Shown piece by piece: positions 12,411 to 23,367 of a stretch of 64,000 bases of DNA. Below the pieces are notes generated by a model. The model searched no databases. It was not told the origin of the DNA and was given only the letters and a program-made list of their open reading frames with translations. The position numbers were made by a program, and so were the translations under genes. Each line of letters opens with the position of its first letter. The stretch's first letter is position 1. This DNA is from Zygnema circumcarinatum SAG 698-1b (Eukaryota; Plantae; Zygnematophyceae), in NCBI GenBank assembly GCA_037447605.1, contig CM074805.1, forward strand, positions 806,001 to 870,000, in the 5' to 3' direction.

Positions 12411-12760
12411 CGTGCCCAAGGGAGGCTGCAAAAGAGGTAAGGGAAAACAAGCGGCCGGTTTTGCGGCCGTGCCCAACTACAGCGTCTGGGGTGAAGAAAG
12501 TAACCCCGTCTGGCCTAAAAAGAGCTGAAATGCCTAAAATCAGGATGGAGGCTACTGAAAACAGATTCTTCGCGAGGCCATCCACCAGGTAGACGTCATC
12601 GATGATGAAGCGCTGGCCGTCAATTAGAGTGGAAACCTGGCCGACATGCGTGGCAGTCAAGGAGCGGTTATCCCCTAAGAAAATGGTCATGGGGAGAGGG
12701 AGGGGAGAGAGCCGAGAGAACCAGTCACGACGAAAAGTTAGATGATGGGAGGCACCCGAG
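12411..12760 (-). pseudogene. Copia-1 aspartic protease region
   Basis: WLIDSGASHHLT, DVYLVDGLAKNLFSV, GRLFSL. Confidence 0.9.
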
Positions 12761-13122
12761 TCAATAAGCCAAGTGGAGTCAGGGAGAGAAGGGTCATACC
12801 CAAAAGGGTCCGCGGCCAGAAAGGCGTGACCGAACTCGGGAGCACCATAGACGACACCCGGGGTGGGAGGCGGGCCGGCCGGGGGGGGGAAGCCGGGGTG
12901 AAGAGAGGGGGTGTACGCGTGGGCGGCAAGGGCGACCTGGGCGGAAGGGAACGGAGGGAGGGGTGGCTACGAAGCTGCACGGCTGTGTTCGCCGGGGACC
13001 AATCGCAGGGCTGGAATCAGGGCGCCGCTGATATTTACGCGCCAGCCGGCGGAGGTGGTAATGCGGATTTGCAAGGGGTAAAAGTCGGCGCTACTTCGCC
13101 GTGAGCGGGACAGCTTTGCCTT

Positions 13123-14568
13123 TTACGTGAGTCTCGCTCTCGTACCCACAAAAAAGAGGGCGCCGCAGACTTGGGCGGAGGACCAGATCCGCTGACGCCA
13201 TGGGAGGATCTCGAGGGGGGTGGAATCTTTTTCCTCCTCGTTCAAAAGAAGGTCGGTCAGATCAGCGACGGTTAGTGAGATCGAGGCAGCATCAATGGAC
13301 GAGATGAAGGACCGGAAAGAGTCGGGCAGCCCGCCTAAAAGATTACAGATGATCTCATCATCATGAACTACGCAATCAATGCTGCGAAGCCGTCTAGCAA
13401 AGGATTTGACGCGGTCAGTATATGTCAGCATGGTTTCAGAGGATTCCTTTACGCAGTTAGTGAAGGCACGCCGCAAACGGAGTTTGTGAGACCACTTCCG
13501 AGGTTCGTACGCATTGGTCAGAAGAGTCCAAGCGTCGTGGGAGCTGGTGGCGTCACGGACGTGTCCGATGAGACTGCGCTGAATGCCGAGTGTGATGCGG
13601 AGAAACGCCTTCTTGTCGCGTTTTGTCCAATCGGCGATCTCCTTCGCGCGTGCAGCCAAGGCGGCCGCGTCGGCGGTGGAGGGAAGTGGCAAAGGACAGG
13701 TCTCTAGACCAGTAACGACAGACCACAGATTCTCTTCCTCAAAAAGCTGCTGGCACTGAAACTTCCAGTCGTGCCAGTTTGTCCCATCAAATTTTTCAAG
13801 CGCATTTGAGGCATGAGTGGGCCCATAACCTATTGAAAAAGACGGAGTGGACATTGTACGATCAAAGTGAGGACAGAGAGAGTTGACACAAAAAGACAGA
13901 TGTGTGATTAACGTGNNNNNNNNNNTGGAGGGGGTGGAATCTTTTTCCTCCTCGTTCAAAAGAAGGTCGGTCAGATCAGCGACGGTTAGTGAGATCGAGG
14001 CAGCATCAATGGACGAGATGAAGGACCGGAAAGAGTCGGGCAGCCCGCCTAAAAGATTACAGATGATCTCATCATCATGAACTACGCAATCAATGCTGCG
14101 AAGCCGTCTAGCAAAGGATTTGACGCGGTCAGTATATGTCAGCATGGTTTCAGAGGATTCCTTTACGCAGTTAGTGAAGGCACGCCGCAAACGGAGTTTG
14201 TGAGACCACTTCCGAGGTTCGTACGCATTGGTCAGAAGAGTCCAAGCGTCGTGGGAGCTGGTGGCGTCACGGACGTGTCCGATGAGACTGCGCTGAATGC
14301 CGAGTGTGATGCGGAGAAACGCCTTCTTGTCGCGTTTTGTCCAATCGGCGATCTCCTTCGCGCGTGCAGCCAAGGCGGCCGCGTCGGCGGTGGAGGGAAG
14401 TGGCAAAGGACAGGTCTCTAGACCAGTAACGACAGACCACAGATTCTCTTCCTCAAAAAGCTGCTGGCACTGAAACTTCCAGTCGTGCCAGTTTGTCCCA
14501 TCAAATTTTTCAAGCGCATTTGAGGCATGAGTGGGCCCATAACCTATTGAAAAAGACGGAGTGGACAT
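13123..14568 (-). pseudogene. Copia-1 gag (DUF4219/UBN2-like); appears twice because of an assembly overlap
   Basis: EKFDGTNWHDWKFQ..QLFEEENLWSVVTG, WTKRDKKAF..I.LGI, AWTLL..AYE, LLGGLPDSFRSF. 13211-13915 duplicates 13927-14635 across a 10-N gap. Confidence 0.9.
14533..14544 (-). promoter_or_regulatory. Copia-type internal (half-tRNA-iMet) primer-binding site GGTTATGGGCCC
   Basis: Directly abuts the LTR end on the minus strand; same sequence as the start of the Drosophila copia PBS (recalled, not searched). Confidence 0.8.
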
Positions 14569-14859
14569 TGTACGATCAAAGTGAGGACAGAGAGAGTTGA
14601 CACAAAAAGACAGATGTGTGATTAACGTGGTAAAGTGTACAATGTCCTAATCTGTTTTATTTACATTGCGGCTAGAGCTACACAACAAAAAGAGCGTGAA
14701 ACTAACCTGAGCAAGGGCGGCCGGGTGTGAAGCACACAGACGCAAAGGTACAACTAAACTAACAGAAAAGTACAAGCTAAAAGCACAGCCAGGTGTAAGT
14801 ACACGTGGCTGGGAAAACGACAAAATAGTACGACAAAACTGAGTGTCGGATTCTCAACA
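14545..14859 (-). repeat. 5' LTR of copia-1 (315 bp)
   Basis: Minus strand TGTTGAG...TTTCAATA; followed by PBS, flanked by TSD. Confidence 0.9.
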
Positions 14860-15599
14860 TACCCCAGCCATGGTGTCGCTTGTTGGTGTGAGGGGACAGA
14901 AGGAGAGACCTAGTGGAAGGATAAAACATGCTTGAGTGAAACTCCAAAACTTCTTCCACTTCTACTTCGGCCACATACCGCATCCGCCACAGTATGCCTT
15001 CTCTTCCTCCCCTCACCAGGTGCGCACAGCGGATTGCGCCACCTACAAGAACACTTCTTCATCTCCTCCATGGTCTTGGCTCAAATTCTCCACGCCCTCC
15101 AATGGTTCCACGCTGGATTTACACACCCCCATACAATGGTCGCCTCCACTCATCCATCACTCCAATCCAACACAAGGACTCACATGTGACAAATGACACA
15201 AGTATAAGGAGAAAGCCCTCGGCCCTAAAACTCCTTAACATTCATAGGTGTAATACAAGCTCTCTTAGGAAATCTACATATAACCTTATGCCCGATTCTC
15301 CTCCTCTCATGAGCACTACCCTATCCTCTGATAGGCAGCTTACACCCCAACTGCAGTAGCTAAGCACTATATGCTTGCTTGAACTTCTCCTCTACCTCAA
15401 CACGAGAGGGACACATCTCTAACTCTTTCACTAGAGCTAACCATGATGAGAGACAGTTCTTTCACGACCCCCTACACAAGGCCGGACTCCTCAAGGCCTC
15501 AGCCTCTGCCTACTCTTCCTAACACGAAGGTTGAGCAGCATAACGTTCCGAGTGAGTGAGTAAGTGAGTAGGAAGCCAAGCTTGCTCCCTCATATACCA

Positions 15600-15713
15600 T
15601 GGCGGCCTTTGTCACGTGACGCCATCATGTCACGGCCACCCATGCAGCGCCTTGCAAGGGCCCTATCCTGATCTCAATCGTGCTCCGTCGGATCCTCCTT
15701 GGCTCACACGGAT
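15600..15713 (-). mobile_element. LTR fragment of the same family as 1-608 and 46027-47035
   Basis: GCCTTGCAAGGGCCCTATCCTGATCTCAATCGTGCTCCGTCGGATCCTC matches 205-255 and the reverse complement of 46510-46580. Confidence 0.7.
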
Positions 15714-15799
15714 NNNNNNNNNNGGGGCGAATTTCTTGGGGACGCACTGTACAAGGTGGAAAATATTATGGGGGTCCACTGTATCGGCATGGGGGACCG

Positions 15800-16160
15800 G
15801 CAGCAGGGCTGTCCAATGGCAGACTGCCACGTGGCAACCCTTGACCCAAACGGGTCAGGTGAGGACAACTTTTCCGTAGGCTCGCCGCATCTCGCGGGCC
15901 ACGCCGCGATGCGCGACGCCGTACGTCGGTGCACAGTCGGATCCTGCGCGCGAGGCGCGGGGTCCGATTGGCTACAAGATCTCTCCTCCCGAAAGATCCA
16001 AGGGGGGGGGTGATTAGCCAAAAAAAAAAGTACAATTTTTCCCAAAAGGGGGCGCCGATATCCAAAAAGTGGGGCCGCTGTATCATTTTCCTTCCTATAT
16101 TTATGGGCATCGTCCGTACTGTATGACGACGTTCGTACAATCGTAAACGTACGGGTCTAC
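15800..16160 (-). mobile_element. Fragment of the gypsy LTR family in reverse orientation
   Basis: AGCAGGGCTGTCCAATGGCA, CGCCGTACGTCGGTGCAC.GTCGGATCCT and GCGCGGGGTCCGA are reverse complements of blocks in 10870-11040. Confidence 0.75.
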
Positions 16161-18953
16161 GCCCCTATGATCTTAAATTTGCGAACCTTGGTATATTTGC
16201 AATCCTACAACAGCATGTGAAGCTACACTAGAACAACATGTGAAACTGAGGACCACAACATAATTCCTCTCATCTTGTGTGGCAAGAATGTGCATGTGAC
16301 ATTGGTAAATGGTTGCTGGTATTGACTTGCACGGTATTAAGCAAAGGATACAATACAAATTCTAAAACTGACTGTGAGAGTGAGAGAGAGAGAGAGAGAT
16401 GAACGATGCATCCACTCACGACGATGCAGCAACTTAAATCGGACGTCGACAAGGAGACTTCCGAAGAAGAGGGAAACTCTAGACCTAACCCAACCGACGT
16501 TTGTGTCCAGTACTCGCTACTTTAACCAATTCTACCAGATAGCGACTAACTAAACTCTGACAGAGTTTTGCAAAAACGTCAGTATGGCAGGTACAGCGGC
16601 GCCTCGTCGGCAAACACGCCCTCATGGAACCCGTCAACGCGTCGCATGCGACGGCGAAACACTCCATGGAAACCCCACCCTCAGTTGCCTGACGAGTGCG
16701 GCCAGGCCCCTCCCCTCCGCCTCCCGTTCCCAGCCGCAGCCTCCCACCGGTACGGTCCTCCCATAGACCCGCCCCCCCGCCGGTCGGCCCAACCAGGACC
16801 ACGCAAACGCGTCCCCCGCCCCTTCCGTCCACGGTGGCTGGCTGGCCAGTCACGTCACGCCGGCTTGTGGCAACGGATTGAGAACATGTCGGCCGGCGGG
16901 CGGAGGCGGCATGCAGCAACCCACGTGCTGCCACGTGGCAGATGTGACAAAATCGTGGAGCTGAACTGCCTGCCTGCCTGCCACGTGAAAACGTGCTGGT
17001 AGGGGCGATGGTTACACCACGTGGCGGGCAGGGGGACTATCACTTGCCGCGTGGCCGTTTTGGCGGTCAGAATGGCGCGCTAACGAGATCTACCAGATTC
17101 TTCAGATCGGTCCCGTGACGACACGTGTCGCGCCTGCTTTTGCCACTTTTGTCGTTACACGTGACGAGGATCGAACCGCATCTAGAACATAATTTCCGTT
17201 TGTGTACGGCGAGTCAAAATGTCTGAAAATCCTGGAAAACGTAAATTACAAAATAAGTACTCCATTTCTGATACAGTAGTTTTGAAAGTAAGGACCACAG
17301 TACGGCTTCTAGTCACGCCTGGCGTGTGTGTCTTTGGACACTGCCCGACAAAATTTAACTCGAAAAGAGTACCGTAATTCCAGCGACGTCTGTTGCAAAA
17401 GCGCTTCTGGAAGCCAGCCAGCCACGCAAAGCAGACCGACAGTACGTATTCTAAACTCTGACTCCCAACGTGAAATTTCAAAATTCGACACTGTCCCCAA
17501 ATTTCCCGTTAGCCGACCGTTACATGGCCGTCCCGGCCCTCCACCCAATGGCCACACGCCACGTGTCCCTTGATACGGTCCATCTCGTCTGTCCTCGATA
17601 AAGTCAAGCGCCGCTCCCTCCGCTCTCCTCGCGTGACGTGTGTTGATTTTGCCGGCCGACGGCTGACGGCCGCAACGGCCGGCCGCCGGAGCCGTCGGCT
17701 GTCGGCCGTCGGCGAGCAAACCGGTGCCGGCCGGCAGGCCCGGTCGCCGGCTGCGACAGCTCGTCGGAGAGCCCGCCGGCGCCGCCGTGGCGCGCTGACA
17801 GGCGCTCCTTTCTAGGGTTTGGGGTGACGGCCGCCATGGCTTCTCCCCTGAAAGTTCCTCCCGCGTGGAGAAGGCGCAGCTTCGGGAGTCACACCCGCGG
17901 GCGGGGCGGTGCCCTAGGACTTCTTGGAAAAACAAACGAAAAAAAATCTTGCAATGGAAGGGCGTTGGAGGAATATCTCAGAGCCATTTGCGAGGTGTTA
18001 CAGGGGTGGTCTTGCGACAGGCATATCGTGGCCTCTGCTTCGTTGATGCAGACTGATTGCGGCCTGTATGCCTGGCGGTTTCAGCAGGAAAGGGATGACT
18101 TGCTGATTGTTGAAAAGTAAGCAGCTCTACAGGAGTTAGTTTTTCTTACCATTTCCGAGATGTATGACTGGCGTGAGCTTATCAAATAGTAGGCAGAGTG
18201 TCTTGGAGGTTTTATATACATGAACATGTGCTGGAATGAAGGATATGGAATGGAAAGTTTGTGGAGAATGTGTGTGTTGCACCGGAAAGCAACCTATTGG
18301 AACCAAAATGCCGGACAGAATGTAGAATTCAGGTGGCGAAGGTGGACGCGCAGTGTCATTTCCTTTGCAGTTTTTTCAGTTTTTGGCAATGCAACACTGA
18401 CTGTTTGGCTGCTTCGGCTGGCATATATCGCTGATCGCAGAGTCGTGCTTCTAGCAGCTGCTAATTGCTTGCATGGTTTGTGCGTATGATAAGCTCCAGG
18501 TCGTATGTATCTGAAGGAGCGGCTGCTTGAGAGATATTGCAAGTAGGAAATCCAAGGAGGTCGTTTGAATTGCCCACAATTCATGTGACTTTAGTGCTGG
18601 TCTAGTGGGCAAGAATGTTGTGCCAACCGCCTAAAGATAGCATATGGTTGAATGTGAGTGAATCGTTTTTGAGAAGTTTGGAACTACAATAATGCAGTGG
18701 AAAATTATCAGCTTTGAGAACGGGAAATGTTTATGTTGCAAACTGGATGCTCTTCCTTTTTCGCCATAAAGATGTTAATGTGTTAATTGCTGAATGTGAG
18801 ACAGAGTCAGTATAGGCAAATGTGTGTTTACACGCACATAAACCGGCTTTTAACAACTCAAATAATCGTATTTGTTCTGAACGTGCATATGTAATGTTGT
18901 ATTGTATCGCAGGATCAATTTTTTTCGACTCCAGTCAGGGTGCAATTGCTACA

Positions 18954-21900
18954 ATGAACGCTGCCTTCGCCTCTCAAGGAGGCGCATTACAGCTACCGTG
19001 GATTACCGAACCACTGAGTCCCTTGCATGATACTGCCAGTCAGCCCACCCCTCTGCTTCCGTACTTGAACGGCAGTTCCTTCCTTGGGCCTTTCCCCTTC
19101 GACGAGGATGTTGATGGCGTGCTGGACCAGCTCCATCTCAGCAGCAACGTGGATGAGAGTCATTTCAGCGAGTCCTTTTTGTCGACTCCAATCAGCACTT
19201 CACCATCGGAACAGCCTTTCTCCTTGGATGGACTCTGCAGCCCGTGCTCTTTGGCGACATCTTTGCAGGTAGATATTCGATACGCACGTTTAGTCTCTGA
19301 TCTTAAGTGCGGCTGCATGCCCTTCTTGCCTCTTTCCTCCTTGAATTGTTCCTGTTGATCAGTATTGTAGGCTAAGCTAGTTAAGCCACCTCCTTAGATA
19401 TCATTGGAGGCTTGGGTGGACAGGGTTTTTTGGACGAAGTGGAGGGACCCGAAACTCCTCCAAATGAGAAGCAACCTACAAGTCAGCCTTCGCCCTCAGA
19501 AGGCCATGTACCAAGTACTGGCACACATTCCCGTCTAAAGGCTCGTCTACGAAGCAGATCTCAGTCTGCTAGTAGGCAGGATATGCCATCATCACAGGGC
19601 CCATCGTCTCCGCAAATTGATGAGAGGTCCCTGGACGAATCCTTTTCGGAGGCTTCAAAGCAAGAGGTGAATTTTTGGGTTTATCTCGAGTTTGGAGGGT
19701 AGTTGAAATTTTGGAAGTTGATAGTTTCAACTTTCGTTTGGAAGGCTAAGCTGTCTCAATGATGGAGCTCAGATCAAATTTTGGTATTTAATAGTTTCGC
19801 TTTCCTTGGGAGGCAAGCCAGTTCGCTAGCGCTAGCTATGGATGGCAGTATATGGCTGAAAGATGACCTTTTGTCCGATTTTATTTTGGACAGGTATACT
19901 CACTTTTTATGCAATAATTACGAGGAATCGTAGTGCCGCTTAGAGAATTTCTCCACACTGAGCCTTCTGTATTTCTGAAACATTAAAACTGGATGAAGCG
20001 TGGTTCCTGTAGTCATCGCCTGAAGTTCAGATGTTGTCGAACCTTAGACCAGATGTCAAGGGCTTACCGGGTGCTAATGTCCATCTCTTGATCTGTTTGT
20101 TACAGATGTCGTGTACGTCGTTAGATAACACAGACTCCCCCAGCTCTCATCATCTTCGTAAGCAAGAGGTTAGCTTCCTAGCACACTGGTTGTGCTCTCG
20201 TGCTCTTAAAAAAAACCACTCCGTCTCTGTCAACAAACAGAGGATTTGGTAGTTTGGATGTTATTTGTTCAAATCTCGGTCCCTCACGTGAAGTTTATGA
20301 GACTTATGTTTGACACTCTATGGACAACATCCACTAGAAAGGCTAAAGCAATTCTCCATCCTAATACTGTGAAATGACCATGACATGTTCGTGCGTTTGA
20401 TTCACGCAGACCCATCGGCACTTGTCTCCATTTTCCGGTTTGCGAAATCATCGTCATCTCCAGACAAGTTCGTCGGGACAGCCTCGCACCCCTGATCAGT
20501 GGACTTCACGCGAGTACACCTTTGGGAATGGCATGAAGCCGCAAGGCAATGAAGCAACGCAACCAAAGAAACAAAAGATAGGGGACAGTCTACCTGTGAG
20601 CCTTCAACGAGCTGCAGAGAAATTGCTGGCAGCAGAAGCCCAACAGAAGAATTCATCCTGTGGCATTTCGCTTCCATTTGAATGGCACTCAGATAAAGTG
20701 AGGGACTTTCCGCATCTCCCAGTTGACTCTCAAGGCAATGTAAATGGGTTGTCCTCGGTGGGAGTCGGTGCGAACAGTTCCTTCCAGTCCATTGAAGACA
20801 TGTCCCAGTTAGATTCGCTGCAAAGCATGATGGACGACAGCAATATGACAAGGTTCGAGAATTGGAACGGTCTCAATTTCTGCCAAATGCAGAATCCACC
20901 AACTTCTGCAGCCTGTCAAGATGCCAATCTGCTGCAAGGGGTTCAGTCGTTCACAAGTTTGTTGATACAGCACCAACCTCTTTCGCCGATGCAGTTCATT
21001 CAACAGCAAGCTGATGGCCATTTCCCTTCACTGACCCACTCAAGTATGCTCGATCCAAGTAATGCCGGGATGTCATCTGCAACTGAGGGCCTCTTTCCTG
21101 CTCTTGCGACAGTCCCTGATAGGGTACTGGCACAGCCTTCATCTATTAGCTCCCATTCACATCATGAGGGGGGACAGCTCTTGAATCCCGTATCTACTGC
21201 AGCTGCGTCAGCATTGTCCTCTGCCTCAGCTCTGACCACAGCCATAGCATCAGTATCTGAGGACCTTATCCTTCGAAAGAACAACGTAGACACGCAGCAG
21301 CCGGCAATGCACAGCAAAAACCTTCTATCGAAAAGTTCGAGCGCAGATTTCTTATCCTCCAGTCCGAATGAAGTCAGACTCAGCGGCGGAAAGCAGCTGG
21401 GTTGCCAACAGAGTGGAGGCATCAGAATTGTGGAGGGAATTGTGAAGGGATGGCGGCAGCCTTCTGAACTTCTTACCCAGACCTGTAGCCAAAGCTCTGG
21501 GCGGCTCGTCTTTCCAGGCGGCCTGCTTGGAACTGCCCCTGTAGTGAGGGCCACCTTCCTTACAGCTGCTCAAAATCTCCTTCTAGAAGTGTGCCGCTGC
21601 CCGTCCTTGAACTCGCAGCAGAAGAAGGGAGCTTTGAATCGCTCAGGAAGCGTAGTGAGGGGGGGAGGAGAGGCTTGGGGAAGGGAGTGGCCCAAGGGAA
21701 GGGTTGTTGGGTTTCAAAGCGGTGATGCATCCAAAGGATTGTTGGCTCGGGATTTGGTTGCAAGGGGAGGGACGAGGGAGCAGGCTTTGCGCCTTCGGTC
21801 TCTCCTTAATGAGGTATGCTTTGGGTACAGATAATCCTGCCTCGATGCGTTCATGTGAAGTTTCTTGCGACTGGGTGTACTGGGGTTTGCTTAGGAGTGC

Positions 21901-22285
21901 CGAAGTCTTCGTGTTATTTCTGATGAGAGATTGCAGAGTTGTGAACGAGGTAGTAATTATGCGGTTGGCTAGGTGATGTGATCTTTTAAGCCTTCACTCT
22001 TTAGGCTCGTGAAATCCTTTTCATTCTGTCAATTGTGAAACACATGTGCGTAACTTATTTTCATCTGAACTAATGTGGAGTGTGGCTGTTCTTCCTGTTC
22101 AGGTGAATAAGCGATACTCGCGTTACAAGGAGAAACTTCATCCCTTAGTTCTAGCTTTCAGCGCGGTTGCTGGGCACCCTGACGCAGCCACTCCATACAC
22201 CGCTTCATCCCTTCAAGCTATCTCCCTCGCATTTCGAAGGATCAGGGATGCTATCAACGCCCAGCTTCGACTAATGGCTGCATAA
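18954..22285 (+). CDS. BEL1-like (BELL/TALE family) protein with POX domain but no intact homeodomain; 5 coding exons (18954-19268, 19424-19666, 20106-20168, 20410-21813, 22103-22285), ~735 aa
   Basis: FLTAAQNLLLEVC (SKY-like); EQALRLRSLLNEV|NKRYSRYKEKL..LVLAFSAVAG..AATPYTASSLQAISLAFRRIRDAINAQL (BELL domain). All four introns are GT-AG and phase 0. The N-terminal exons are less certain than the POX exons. Confidence 0.82.
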
Positions 22286-23367
22286 CTGGATCCTATCCAA
22301 CCTGCTTGAACCCTTTTAGCCAGAAACTTAGGAGTACCCGCTGCATCTTAATAATCCGCAAAACTTAGGGTCCAACCATGTGCCATGTTCACTCAGACTA
22401 ATTTAAAGTCTAGTTTACTGGGTGGGTTGGAAGACGAGAGAAGCTGTTCGTCTCACGGCTGCTGTTCAGAAATAAGGCTCCATGAAAAAGAAAAAGGCCT
22501 TATACACGGCTTCAACGGATGGAGCCATGGCCATGCCAGAGAAATTTCCCGCAGGGAATGTCTGTAGAGAGGGCTCGCAGCTCGTTTCGATTTAGTGTAG
22601 AATTCAAATTTTTTTTAATGGAGAGAGGGCGAGAGAGGAAAGTCTAATTCTTTAAGTCTTGCAGACTGCTCTGCCTTGTACCTTGCAAGTAGCAGATAGG
22701 AGAAGATGAGAGCGACAAGGGCAATTGTTTTGCTCTGTAAAGAGCAGAACCTTTTTGTGGTCTCAAGAAAAGGCCATTGTGGAATAGCAGTCGAATAATA
22801 AGTGATTTGAGTGAAGAAACTAGCCCAGAGGCCTTTGGATCAAAACCACCCTGAGCCAGCCTGTTCCATGGCGGAAGAGTTCGCAGGCATGTAACGTGTA
22901 CCTACCATTCAAACAATGAAAACATGCTCAAATTTGTGCTTCTCCTTTGCTTTTTCACCGAAAATCTATGTCACCACAATGTCTGATCAATTTCCATCTT
23001 TTTTCCCTTTCTCGTCATACTTCATTTCAATGTGTATCGTATGGTATCGTATCGTATAATATCGTATCGTTACGTGTTGTGGCAATATATCGCAATATAT
23101 GTAACTGTTTATTTACAGCTTCATGTACCAGTTCGCAGTTAAATGACGTCACATGCGTTCTTTCCATACAACTATGTCGTCAGCCTACGCAGCACTACCA
23201 CAGCGACGTGGAGCAGGGCAGGTCGAAGGGGGGAGGAAGCTAACCCGCGTACTTGGTCTCCCACTTCCATCGGTCGCGCTCTCCCGCACCGCTCTCCGCC
23301 TCCTTTTTCTTCGTCTCCGTCCCCCTCTTGTCGCTCCTAGCGCAGGGGCCATACGTAGGGGGAAGCT

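Larger units (their letters stand above)
3333..14859 (-). mobile_element. Ty1/copia LTR retrotransposon (frameshifted, interrupted by a gypsy element)
   Basis: 5-bp TSD TACCC at 3328-3332 and 14860-14864; paired LTRs; PBS; PPT; gag-PR-IN-RT-RH order on the minus strand. Confidence 0.92.

Noticed and set aside
13211-14635. Doubled gag (481-aa ORF)
   Set aside because: Identical overlap across a 10-N gap; assembly artefact.
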